NCBI GenBank assembly: GCA_051362555.1
Contig: CM120643.1
Coordinates: forward strand, 25,052,848 to 25,116,847
Direction of reading: 5' to 3'
From: Lingula anatina
Taxonomy: Eukaryota > Animalia > Brachiopoda
Length of the DNA stretch: 64,000 nucleotides
Positions 13,501 to 27,700 of the stretch are shown piece after piece. Position numbers and translations under genes: made by a program. Each line of letters opens with the position of its first letter. Position 1 is the stretch's first letter. The notes below the pieces were generated by a model. It was given only the letters and a program-made list of their open reading frames with translations, was not told the DNA's origin and made no database searches.

Positions 13501-15739
13501 TGGTTAGGTCTTGATATGGGTAACCCAGAGACACAGTAATAACAGTCACCCAGGATCTTTATACGCATGCAGTCATTTTCCTGAAAATATAATAATAACT
13601 GTAACTCTGAGTAATTTGTATGTTTTAATCAATACTGTAACAGTGAATTTTTGATTCATGCAATGTACTGTCATGTCTGTTGTATTGGCACTGGCCTCAT
13701 GTACATCACTGAACATAGGCTTTGTTGTTAAGTAACTTCTGAGCTACCAAAATCTTGATATCTTAACTACCACAATTACCCGATGGTGAAATTATGAATT
13801 TTACAGATACTATATTTTTTAAAACATAATTTTTTATAATAAGAGCATTTCTATTGAGTGGTAGCAAAAACACTGAAAAGTGGGCTACCTTACAGTTCTA
13901 TTTGTGCATTTAAAACACAACAAATGCTATATAGAAATATAATTATTATGGTTCTAAAAAAGGAAAAGTATATGAAAGAGTGATAATTTTTGCCCATAGA
14001 AAAGATGGAATCATTATTGAACACTCTTCATCATTAAGTATATACCTGAGCTAGTTTGTCAAATCTCCCAAAGAGTTCATTGAGGACCTTGACAAGTTGA
14101 GCGGCAGTGCACTCAGATGCCAGAGGCGTAAAATTCACAATATCTGAAAATAAAATGCTGAAAACAAAAATATGAAATTTTATTATTACAAGTCAGAGTA
14201 ACATATGGTGGTAAAGTCAGAAAAAATACCAGTATTAAATTTCCACATTTTGTTTTTTTCTCTTATATATTCAATTCCTTTCCTTAACTACTGATTAATC
14301 TATGACCAGGAAAAGTTTCACTGAGACTTGTTAGTTTGTGTTAAATATAAAAAAATACATAAAATAAAGTAGTAGCAATTTTCAGTTTCTTGGAAGAATC
14401 CTTCAATATGTTCCACATGCACAAAAATTAAATTCGAATCAAATTAACTCTTGTTAATAAGTTTTGAGGCATATCAGCAAATAAAACAAAATAAATTAAA
14501 AAATTCAAATGAAAACAAACATAAAAATTTTATTACTTAAAACAAAAACTTCAATCATAATGAGCAACTAAACAAAAAACCAACACTTAGGCATTAATGA
14601 CCCCTGTACCTGACGTTAATATGGCCTTTGACGTATAAGTCATGAAATCTGGTGGAAGAGGCCCTTTTACAAGATCTATTGTGATCAACTGTAGAAGTGC
14701 GTATTTTCCTGATCATTTCATTTTTCATTTCTACTGCCAGGTGAGCTGGTATGACACTCAGTAATAACTTTTCCTGCAACAATAATGATAATAACATGAA
14801 CAAGATTATGGCAATATCATTATACTTCCGTGACATATTTGTCTAAAAGGAAAAATAATGAAGGCCTGTTAATAGCTAGCATTTTCATCAGTAAATGTCA
14901 CTGAGATAATTAAAAGGAGTGTATTTTGGAAAATTTCTGAAACTTTGGAAAATGGAATGTTATATCATTTCCTCACCATATCCATCCTTCAAATAGAAAT
15001 ATTCACAGATAAAAACAATAAGTTGTATACTGTAGAACATTAAAATTATCAACCAAACTTTCATCATTGACTACTTATATTCCTAAATTAGTTCATGGAT
15101 ATCCTTCATAGTTTTTGTAATCTTTTTTAACCCTTTATGTCACAATACTTTCTAAATACCGTTTCTTTGGAAACTGACAGAGTATCTGCCACCTGGAAAC
15201 TTTCCCTTGCTGTTAAAAAGGAGAAACAGACAGGTTACTGAAATAAATCCCAATATATTTCTCATGCCACAGAGTAAACTGAATTCCACCACCACAAAGT
15301 TAAAAAAATATTCAGTTACAATATATTTATGCCCAATATCATCTGTTGCCTCCACCATAATGTAGATCACAACCAATGCAATCAATGTCTTCTCAATCGC
15401 AATGTGGCTATCTCCTCTACCACAATCACATCCTTCAACCAAAGCAACTTCACTTCCTCCCATGCAATATATTCTGTGCATTCTGTACCTGACATTCTGG
15501 TGTGTTTGAACAAAAAGATCATGAAACTTTGATGTAATAGGAGCCTTCATCTCCATTTTCATCTTGAAGTCCTCACGGAGCAGGCTTGCCAGACTTCTAG
15601 GCAGGCAGCTAACTAAGATCCTCTCCTGTAAATCACAACCACAGGGGGCCAGTGTAATGCAAGAAAATACTGGAGTATTTGTGTGAGTGTTTTCCCTGTG
15701 TGTAGATATTAAGCATTATGCTTAAAATGTTTGTGAATC

Positions 15740-15775
<36 letters not shown>

Positions 15776-18700
15776 AGAAGCTTTGGCTGCTTTAGGCCTT
15801 TTTTGGTCTTTAACTTTTGAGTGCATATCTACCAAATACCAAAATATCAAAGACAGCATTTTGAGGTTAACCACCTAAAAATGAATATTTGATGGAAGCA
15901 ATCATAAAGCCAAGATTCCAATGGGAGTTTCACATTGCTTCACACATTTGACCCTGCTCCCTGTAATCATGTAAGGAAGATGCTCTCAGATTTGATCAGC
16001 TTGCCTTCATGGTGCATTTTAGCTTCAACCTCCTAATTTCTGAACAAATTAAATAACCTGGCAATTCTAGGGTTAAACAATTCCTGGGAGTACTATGAAA
16101 GTTAAAGGAATCACTGACATTTAGTGATATAAACAAATCAGTGTAAAATAAAATCAGGATCACATGGGAACATCCGATAGCAGCAACAGCTCTGTACAAT
16201 GTAATGTATTGTATAAAGAGAAACATACATACATCTGATAAGTTCCCAGATATCAAAACAGGCTCCATTTCATACAAATGACATTTGCCCTGCATATGGG
16301 ACTGTGACGTACTTTTATTTAACTCATTAAGGGCTAAGGGCTTCTACAGGTTTAACATAAATCAACAGTCAAATCATAGATCACGATAAATCACTTCCTT
16401 CTACATATAAACATCCTGTTTTTGCATGAAAGAGAAAAAAACATAAATAAAGAAAAAAAAATGTAGTTTCTTCAGTACAGTGTCTACATGTAAGCATTGG
16501 CCTTCCCACCATGATGCCGCACATGGTGGCGCTGCCCCACACCCTGCTGTAGGTGGTGTTGAACAAACCTGCTGCTCATGTTTAATAATCCAGCTCAAAA
16601 TAAACTGCCAGACGTGCACATGTAACCCCCCTCCCCATCAAGACTGTGGTGTACATATATTCTCCTCTTACATCACAGACATCTTGCACAAATATCCCTC
16701 ACAACCTCCAATGATGGTACCCCCCCTCCCCCCACCAGCCTCCCCTGGTATAGCTATTATACAAACCTGCTGTTCTCTTTCATGCTCCAACTTGATGCGT
16801 GCCTCTATACAGTTGCGTGTGTCCAGGAATGTCCTGCGATGGGCAATCTCGGTCAGGTACTTGTGGTACATGCCCACCATATTGGCACACAAAAATATCA
16901 CACTGTTTGCAAGCAACTGGAAGGTAGTGAATATAAAATACATTTGTTACTATTATTTCAACTCACAGTGGCATATCTGAGTATGGCATATAAGGCATGT
17001 GCCTTGGGTGCCATTTGAAGGGGATAGCACTGTGAGAATTTCATGGTAAAATTATCGGAATTTATTTTCCAATATAGGTGTGTAATGTTTAGTATAATTA
17101 TTTTACAAAGTCTTATTTTATTGTCTCTTACATGTATTGACTGTTTGTTTTTAAACTTATAATGACTGATCCCAGTTTATTTAAATAATTTCATTTTCTG
17201 GAAATATATAAATTTTTTGTTGAGAGTTAGGTTACACAGTATATTAGGCTGAATGCCAGTTAATTTTTTTCCATGGACAGGAAAAACCTTTTAACTTACG
17301 GCTGAAAGAAAAATTGCGTCTGACTAAACATTTAGATATGGTATTTAGGTGTGGTGTTGAGATTTATTGACAAAGAAGAGAAAAAAACATGGCTCGAAAA
17401 AGGCCCAAAAGATAGCATGCAGATTTGCCTTAATTGCAGCCATTTTAACAACACCTACCTGGTACTCCAAATAGTCTCTGAATCTCTGAGCAAAACCCCA
17501 GGCTATGCATATCTGTGACAAACCTGTAGCTGTCCCAAGGCAGATGGCCCACCGCTGTGACAGCGGCAACATTGTATAAGTCACAATTATTATGTAATAT
17601 ATCACAGGTACATCGTCCATACAATTCCTGGCATCACTGAACCCAACATAAACATATGTGCCTGTCAGGAGAATCAGCCACACAAATAACGTCACTGGGA
17701 CTGTGAACTTCTGGAATATTCTTTCGAAGCAGATGAGAACCAACATGATGAGGACTAGGATAGTGCCACTGAAGGTGACTGCAAGCTGGACTGTGGAGTT
17801 AGGGTGGTCGGCATGCTGGAATGTAGAGAAATTAGATCTTATGTTTTAAAAATATATAGAAACCTGGTAGAGGTGACTGGGGTTCTGAAACATGTATAGA
17901 AACTATGGTGTGGATGAATTAGCCCTTTCTGAGGTCCCTTCATATCATATGCTACAGCTCTATCCCTAGTTTTCTTCACCTTGCATAGGGTGGTTATATC
18001 TTTTAGTTAAAGACATCAAAAATGTCTAGAATCCCTTTCAAAAAAATTCCAGAAACTTTAGAAATCAACAGCGTTAGTTCAACAGCTTAGTAATAAACCA
18101 TTATTAAATATGATAGGTTTTCTACACAGTGGCAGTGAAAACTTATGAGTATTGTTAGATCTGGTCATTGGGTTGATGGCCTTCCTTAGCTAACTGAACT
18201 ATTCAGGGGCGTAACCAGACCCTTAAAAATTGTACACACAGATTTTTAAAATTCCCAGCAAAATGTAGACTAACACAAGAGATGAAGGACAGCGTAATTA
18301 CAGCATATGTACAACACATCGCAGCTTAATTTCCATTAATAATAAAATCATCATTCAGTCAGAAATATTCTCGCAATTTAAAAAGTATCAATATTCTTAT
18401 TACCCAGAACGGTATATTTATTTAAAAGGAGGCTAGCTTTGCATATGTAGAACCACCTTCGAATATATAATCCTGGATCCACCTCTGAGTTGAACTAACA
18501 TACGGTTTCATTCACCTTACATGTGGATGCATGGCTCCCCAAAACAACCAATTGTACGACACGATAGAGCTCTGATACATCTAAGTTTAATTATTTGTTC
18601 GTAAAAATTGCCCATGTCACCCTGTTAGTTTGGAGGGGTAAGCTGGGTCAAGTCCGTGTCAAAATTCTTTGAAGTTTTGCACGAAAAATTCTTCCTTTGT

Positions 18701-21700
18701 TTCTCTAGCTCCTTCTTAAACCTGGTGTCCAGATTTTATCTAGTGCCCCCAGGGTTGCAGGAGCTGCTCTTTGAAAATAACACTCAGGCAGATTTTTACC
18801 TGAGATAAATATCGCCAGATATTCTCAAGAAAGAGGGTACAGAAGAGTTGAAGGCCACTGAACCCTCCAATTAAGAGGTAAAGGAAGTTTCAGTTAGATG
18901 TACGATTAAGATAGGACCTGTTAAGGTTACAGGCATTGTTTATCTCAGTTTGCAAGACGGGGGGGAAGGGGGGGGGTTAGAACAATTGTGCCTATACAAT
19001 TGATACAGAGGATTTGTACATACAGGTGACTTTAATAAGCAGAGGATTTTCTTTTATATTCCGTGAAAAATACACTAAATTTATATAAAATAATATCATG
19101 GCCAAAAAATTGTACGCACAGTGCATCCGTGCGTATGCCTAGTTACGCCCATGCTATTGATCACAAGTACCTATAAAAGGATCAAGTCACACTGCCCAAA
19201 GATGACATGATATTCAGAATTGCCATTGGATGTTTCTTTTGATAAAATCATGTTAACAGAGTGCCATTCTTACTAGCTGTATGGTGCTTCATGTTTATCC
19301 TGTTCAGTTTTTACAGCCATCACAAATCTCAACATTAGTGTAAGGTGCTTATAGTAAGCCATCAACTCCCATGGTGGCCTAACAATCTATTAAAGATTTC
19401 ACTGTTGGTATTCAAAGGACTTGTTATATAATGCAGAAATTAGAAGGAAAACGTGCCAAAAATTAAATGAAGGGTTAGCAAAAACCAAAGTTTTTCATAT
19501 AGTGTCATAGTGTTACTCACCGGGGAAGCAAAATCAATGATGACAAGAGAAGTGCAGAATGCCATGACAACCACAAGTAGACTGATAAACAGGCAGTGTT
19601 TGAGGCGGACACAGTAGCGCTGATAAAGGCTCTCGATGTCCATGCTCTTGAATTTGTCCTAGAATGAAAATAGCAAAAACATAAGAACAATTTGGATTGC
19701 ATCCACATAGGAATTCACTTGGTTATATATGAACTCTTTGAATTTTTTCACTCTCTTGCTGTGCTGGTTTGAAGATAAAATGACACTTGGATAAAACTCC
19801 CAATATAATTTTTTAAAGTATCAATATAGCAAAGAAAAAGAATGCAGTATAATCCAGAACAAGTATGGCAATATGTTCAAGCAGTTACCAAAATGATACT
19901 TTCTCCAACAGTGTTTTTACAGCCAAATTAAGTAGAACCATTTCTCACTGACTTATATCATTCATTTATAAATGTGTGCTTTGCCTTGTTGTTGATTTTA
20001 GTATGTTGTCAGTATATGACAATAGATTCGACCAAGGTGAATCTTATTTTCATGATTCACATACGTCAATCTAGCACATCAATCCATACACTGAATCCCG
20101 AAACTCACATCACTGCCAGAAGACCCCATGTTCATCTTAACTAAAGTATTACGTCCATTCTTCCTGTTTTTCAAAGTACTCAATGCCTCCCATTTCCCAA
20201 CAGAAATCAAACATGCCATTTCATTTACTGTACCACAAGTTTCAAAGTACCACAGGCAAGACGATTTCCAATGGGAATCTAATTTAAAAATCATTGCTTA
20301 TTTTTGAGAAAAAATTTCATTTGGCATGTGAGGATACCTTTAACACTGAAAAAAAGTTAATCATTTCTGAAGAGATTTAAATTGTTTTCTGCCTACCAGG
20401 CATGACTTTTAAACCCATCTTCAAAGGCTCTTGATCACAAGCCTCATACGTAGAAAACAAATTAGGTCTCTTTTTTAGAAACAATTATTGACTTATGATC
20501 ACCATTACACAAGAGTCAATAAAAACCTATTTTACTGGATTCTTTACTATTTAACTGAAAATACCATGGCTTGATGCATAAGTATATATTTTCTATCAAA
20601 GTGTAACACTGGTGGCAAACACTGCTTAAACTGATATCAGAATAAATGTTCTTTGATAACAAAGGGTCCATTCCCAATGTAACAAACTTTCTACGTAGAT
20701 GGATCCATTTTGGCAGGAACCCTCCCTGAATGCAATAAGATAAGCAGATTAACAAGCTTCCTCTTGTTTCCAATGTACTTGTATAATCATCAGCTTTTCT
20801 GTATTCTATTTAATGTCAAGAGGAGTTCCAGGGTCACAGTTGAGTTGGATTTATCAACCTAGAATGCTAGATTCATTGGGAGTGAGCCCATGCAGCACAA
20901 CTAGGAAGTCTTTACGCAGCCTACTACAAGTTCATTTTATTGGCAATCCCCAGTGATTGTATAATTTGATAGATATTACATGTACAGGTCAATGGACAAC
21001 TTAATCAACTGCTTAAATTGATTAGTCTACTTTGTGTATTTAATTAAACCATTCAGTGGAGTATCTAATCGTGGCATTATGATTCCCCAGTGAGGGTTCA
21101 AATGAGATAAACAGCGTGGAAGATAATTGAAGTTCTCCACTGATTGACCTAATGTGGTGTGACATATGTGGAAGTTCCCAGGGTGTTCCTCAAGTTTCAT
21201 AATGCCAATGAAGACTGTCTTTTACGCAAACTATGCAAATTCTGTCACTGCTTAATTATTGAATGCCAATGTATGTTGGAGGCTATGGAGGGAATTTCTG
21301 AAACTAAGACACTCAGGGTGTAAAAGTCTTTTTTTTTTTTTTTTTACAGAATGTCAGCTGGATACACTCTGGTATTACCTTTAATTGCAAATAAGAGCCA
21401 AACAATTTTTTGAAAATCCAAATGAACTTTAGTATTCATTATATAAAATGTTTTTACTATAGTTATAATCATTTGAAAAAACAAAGGGAATACTTTTACA
21501 CTTCGTATCTAAAATAAAATTGTCATATCATAATCTCCTGTCTAAGGCAAGGGTTAATAGTCATTTACTTATAACATCCACTTAAAAACTCCACAAAACA
21601 TTCTGGTTAAACCTTATATTTCTCTTTTCCATTTTAAAGGTGAAGAAAATATCAGACGCTGCCACTGTATTATTTTTTGTCTTAATAAAACCTCTGTTGT

Positions 21701-24700
21701 TGTCATGTATATGGCAGATCGAATGTTTGGACTTGGTTTAAAAACACTCTGCACCATCTGCAGCATGATGGAATTGTCAAAATATTACGTATGATGTCTA
21801 ACATCATAACTTTTTTCTCAATAATATGACATCAATATTTCATGTCCTAAAAGAAATGGCATTTGGAAATTCAACAATAAAAGACTGACAAAAGGGGAAT
21901 AGCAAATATAGAGATCCATGTAGAACAGCAGCTATTTTAATAGTGTTTTAATAATGTTAAAACATTAGTTTCAGAGGCACCTCTGAAGCAGACACTGAAT
22001 CAGCTGTAATTTTCCAAGAGTCAAATTTTGTACAACCATAACATACATATAAGATCAGTTATTCAGGTTTAATCAACAGGAACCAAGGCTGGGTTTTGTT
22101 TGTGTCTACTTTTTTCATCAGCATACCATAAGGAGAATTAATACCAAGGCTGCTTCCCAACCCTTTACTGTACGCCGAACAGGAAATACTGTTCGCCTCC
22201 ATACCAGAGGTGAATTTGCAGGGTCTAACAGACAACAAACTATCTATTTCACTCAATCCACTCTCTGTGCAGAGTGTGAGTGCCATATGTAAATTTGTAA
22301 ACAGTGCAATTAAAAAGCGTGTATCCCTGTGTGGATAAGCATAGTTTCCTGCTTAAATTATTATTTTATATTTGTATTAATTAGAGAGCCTGTAAATGTA
22401 AACCATTTCTTCGTGCTCAATAAATTATTATTACATCTGTCCTGAGTTCCCGTATGAAAATCACAGATATTCTAGCAGTCTGGCAAGTTATTCTATCAGC
22501 TATCCCTCCCCCACACACACCTACTCCAATGTTTCTCTCCTTCCTGAACATTCAGAGTACAATCTAATGTATAATTTAGTAATTAGTGTTTGAAGGTCTG
22601 GAGCAGAAGGTGTGGGCCCACATCCTGAAATATCAAAAATTGGTGGAAATAAGTAAGGATCTTTGATATAACACCTCATCATAAATTTCCTGCAATTGAG
22701 GCAATGGCAATTTCTTCTCTGTTGTGCAACAATTGGGTTTCATAAGCATTAATACCCATGAGTTGTCTGTCACCTTTGGTTCAAGGGATAACTGAGAGTA
22801 TATCATAACAAAATCAATACTGTCTTGAAGAAAATTAGACAAATTTCTTAGAAAGAAACATATCACACTTAAAAGAAAGATACCCCAGTAGCTGTCTGTC
22901 ACTCTCGCAAAATTGGCAGCCACACAATCCACACTGAAACCCCCTGACAGCCACTTTTGTAGAAGTTGTCCTTATATTGACAACAATGATGAAAAGAATT
23001 GTGACACGTCTCACTGTAATGAACTCGGTAATGAAGTCACTTTGTTTAAGAATGAAGTCAGACTTAGACTATATATTGGTCCAGAGGCAGGTTCCACAAA
23101 AGGATGTAATGTTAAATGTTTTTGTCCTAAGTATCAGACATGTTTTTGTGCTAACTATTAGACATTAGACATTTTTTGGATAAATCTTAAGCAGTCCACT
23201 ATAATATGGTCACAACTGGTCTAAATCATTGGTCATATCTATATCGGCCTTACGGTATTTATTCCCCTAACAGTATATGCAGAGAAAAACAGGTACAATA
23301 TCAGATTCAAGGGAACTAGTTGTTCTACATATTAGTAGGTTTACCTTTGTTTAAGATTTTTGTCCAAATATTTCTGTAAATTTTGGTCTTGAAGGGTGGA
23401 TTCACAATGAAACAATCGTACAATGTAGTTCGAACTAACTTCGAGGAGGCTCTCTGAATGCAATCAGATTAACACACCTTCTCTTGCTTCCCATGTACTT
23501 GTATAATCACAAGCTTTTCTGTATTTTAGTCAATGCCAGGAGGAGGCATGTTAATCTGTGGCATTCGCTAGGTTAGAGTCCTCTCTGAGTTAGTGTGCAC
23601 TAGCTAGTGCAATAGATTCATTGTGAACACACCCTGTGACTTTATCTGATGGGCAAACCCTATAGAGGCCATTCAGAACAGAAGATCCCAGGATCTACTG
23701 ATCCACAGATCAAATATGGTGGACCCTATATGAAAGAAGAGCCTACTAATCTGCTGACGGTATCCCCCTTGACACATGCAATTAAATGGATTAAATCAGG
23801 TCTCCGAGGTTTAATTGCTAGACCCCTGCAAGGAGGGTGTGTGTGGTGGCGGGGAGACCGTCAGCCCATTAGTCGTCACTTCTTTATTGTAGGGTCTGCC
23901 GTATTGGATCGGTGGATTAGTAAAGATTCTTGGATCTGCTGTTCTGAATTTAAAGGCCTCATAGTAAAATGAACCAAGAGGCTGGCTGTATAGATACTAA
24001 GTATTTGTTTGCTTACAGCATCTGGTAACAGGATTTGGTAGTCAAATATCCATTGAAAATGCACAGGTTATTAGAGATAATGATGCTATAATGACTATCT
24101 TATACTAATGATGACATTCTATAACTGGCACCAGGTCTTTAGGAACAAATATATAGGAATATGCTATAATAACTCAAATCAGATCAATATGTGATTATCA
24201 TAAACTTGTACCTCAAAAGATTTTGTCACAATTGAAACCATACAGAAACTGAGTGCAAACTACTTGGTACGACTCTCAAACTTATCAGAACATCATAAAG
24301 TGCAGTACCACAAGTGAAAGTGTGTTTCTGTTGGCAGCCTTTGCACATTTTCTTCCAAATGGGATAGACATGTGACCCTAGAATTTGCTTTTAAATCTCT
24401 TCTCCCTAATTTTGGCACATTTAGAGCAATCCCTTAGTTACATCTGGCAAGCTGAGTGTAAAATGTTAAACCAGTCAAATGTTTCTTGACTTGCTGAGCA
24501 CACACGCGCTAAAGGTCTTGAAATAATTGGCCTTCGTTCTGTCAAATTGTTTTTACACTGAAAAAAAAAAAGAAAAAAAAAAGAAAAACCTAATGTAACT
24601 ATTAGGGCTGACTGTAAGTTTTAAGTTCTATACTTGAATTTTTCCCATAAATCTCAATAATCACTATGATATGTAGATTGACTTGTCAATTTGTCAGACC

Positions 24701-27700
24701 AAAGACAGGATAACTCTACATTTTTATACAAATTCTACTCATTTTTGACTATCAATCACATTACATCCATGTATTCTTTCCTGAATTAAAAAATATGATC
24801 AATAACAATTCTGTGCATTTTGAGAAAAAAATTGATAAAAAAGATCTTTTCATCTCCTGACCATTTTGTCATTTTATATCATTTACACTGTTATAAATAA
24901 TTCAGGATCAAATCCCCAGCTGACAATGGTGAATTCCTAGGAAAAATCAGCAAATGAAGTGTGAACAAAATTAGATTATGAAGTGAAGTGTGAATAATGT
25001 TTTACTTAGATTATGAAATATGAATTAAGACTGGTGCATGATATATGAAAGGTAGTCTTTACCATGACAGGGCAGTTATACAGAAGTCTTGAAAAAAAGC
25101 ATGAAAAAACTTTTCAATCCTTTAAAAAACATTGGGTACAACCCAATCTCTACACAAAAGTTTCACTAGATGCCTGAATACCCAGACACAGCTAGTATCC
25201 TGGACACTGAAAACTGCAGAGACTTGCACAGGGCTCCTTCCCAATGAAATTATCAGTCTATGTAGATTGATCAAACTTGCTGAATGCAATCAAATTAACA
25301 TGCCGCCTCCTGGCATTGAGTAGAATATAGAAAAGCTGGTGATTATACGAGTATGTTAGAAATAAGTGGTGCTTTATTCTGGGCCCCATAACTCGAAAGC
25401 ATCGCGTATTGCGAATAGCGATATCACATAGAGGCTACATTATATTATATGGGGCGAGTTATGGAATCGAAATGCTTGCGCTCGGTAGCAATGCGCAATG
25501 CTTTCAATGCTTTTCGCAATGCTTACGGGGCCCTGTTCAACTGATTGCATTCAGTGAGTGTCCCTTAGGAGTAGTATTGATCTAAATAGGCAGACAGTGT
25601 CATTGTTGATGATTCCATGGTTTTCTAGGGCATTTGAGACTGAGGGTGAATCCAGAAAACAGTTGATGAAAATGACCTAGCTGCTGCTGTGAACCTTCCA
25701 TTTTTAGGAAATTAAATGTACATGTCGAGGAAATGAGAGCACTGGCAAAACTATCAACTGATGACTTCAAAATGGAAAAAAGTCCGTGGCTATAATTTGT
25801 GTACAAAATTGAAAGTTAAAAAGCCATAGCAAAAATGCAAGGTTTATGAACAAAGAAAAAACTCGATCCCCTCCTGCACTTTTATAGGGGAATCCACCAG
25901 AAAAAATTAATTCATAGAGAAAAAGGTGTAAAGCGAGGAATGTATGTAAGCACTAATACTTAAATTTCATTTCTTGCTCACCGCCATTCTCTTTTCCAAT
26001 TTCATGCTTTGCTGCCTGCCAGTAGGCTACTTTCCATGAATAAAAATCCAAATGGTATTTATTGCTGTCTGCAACAGTTTGTAAGTGTAAAACTGTTTAA
26101 AAATACTGAAAAACAAACATGGTTTTCCCTAATTTGTAACCATGTCCACACTGGGAAAAACACCTAGTGCTCTGTAACTCTCCCAGATGGCATGGATTAT
26201 TCCACTTTCATTTCACCCGTAACAAATCTAATATAACCACTCACAATACATTAAATTATTCAGTAAATCAATTACAAAATGTTGTTTTTAGAGTGTATAA
26301 ACACCATTAAAATAAACATGAATGCTAAGTACTATATTAGGCTATTAAGACCTGTATAAATTTGCCTGAAATGCCACTACTGTCAACATATTATTTCCAT
26401 TTTTTTTGTTAAAAGTTCAAATGCTGCCTGAGTATAAATAATAGTGATGTCCTAAGTACATATCGAATAAGCCTTGTCTCTAGGTGACAGTTAGAAACAA
26501 ACATGTTGCTTCCTCCACCCCAAGTTTGCTCCAAAAATATTTGAATTGTGATTGAAACGACCATTTTCATGTGCCTTGACCTTTCCAAATATATGCCATC
26601 ACATGCAGTAATCAGGAAAAACAAGCCACAGAAAGTGTTTGAAACCTGAGCTGTAGACTAGAGTGTATTGAACATAAGTTGAAAATGACATGTTTAACAT
26701 ACCCACCTCAAGAAAAGTTTTTAACAATTTTAGGGTAGCTTTGCTACATGCCACTAGCAACATCATAAAAAAAGGCCATTGATTTATGGCATTTCAGTGT
26801 CCTATCAAACAAACTCTTTCAATAATTTTTTTTCTAAATTTAGTGCTTAAATAGACCTGTTTTCAAAACATAACAATAACACTGTTGTCAGGGTATTAAT
26901 TTAAATAATATAATTCTTTTTTATGATTCAGTTTTCTCTTAATGTGACGGTTTTTTCAAGACTTTATTCACAGCAATTTTTCATAAGGGCACTATAAATA
27001 CATTTTAGTTATTAGACTTTAACTCAAGAAATAACCAGAAAATAGTTTTAAAGACTTATATTCACACACATTCCTGTTTAATTGGCTAAGCAAGACCTTC
27101 CAACTTATTAAAACTTTTTTCAACTTAAGTTTTAGAAAGTTGGAAAGCCTTGTGTAATTTGTCTATTTGAAGACCTCAACTAGTCTCTTTCAAGTTAAAT
27201 TCAGATTTGATGGGACGTTGATCGAGACATGGAATGTATGGGTTTTCCAAGTGCTTGGAACTTCTACTCATGCACATGCACGTGTTTTCCCAGGCAGTCT
27301 AGAGATAATACAAGTTTAAGTTAAAAACTGATGAGATAATTATAATTATGACTCAGCAACCTATTTAGTTGATGAGTGTTATCACACGCTTCTATTTCAA
27401 TCAAAGTCAATCATGTCTACTTCTACACAATGTAATCCCAATCAAGAGTCAATTAATTCCAATCATGAGTCAATTAATTCCAATCACAAGCCAATTCATT
27501 CCAATCACATTCTCAATTGCAGATACACATCTTACCTGTAAAAGAAAGAAATGTGCACAGGATGCTCTGGGAGATGAAAAAATCATCTTGAGAGAGAGAG
27601 AGAAAAAAACTCTCTTTTAGTCTATAATTCATCCCCAGTCATTCATTACACTAATCAGTGCATAACCTATCTGCCAGCATGCTTTCACATTAGGCTCCAA

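Noticed and set aside
16480-16980. 166-aa plus-strand ORF
   Set aside because: Antisense shadow of a cyclase exon and a C-rich intron
22059-23168. Cluster of 60-100-aa ORFs as extra first exons or a nested gene
   Set aside because: No recognisable motif and no convincing phase-0 donor found
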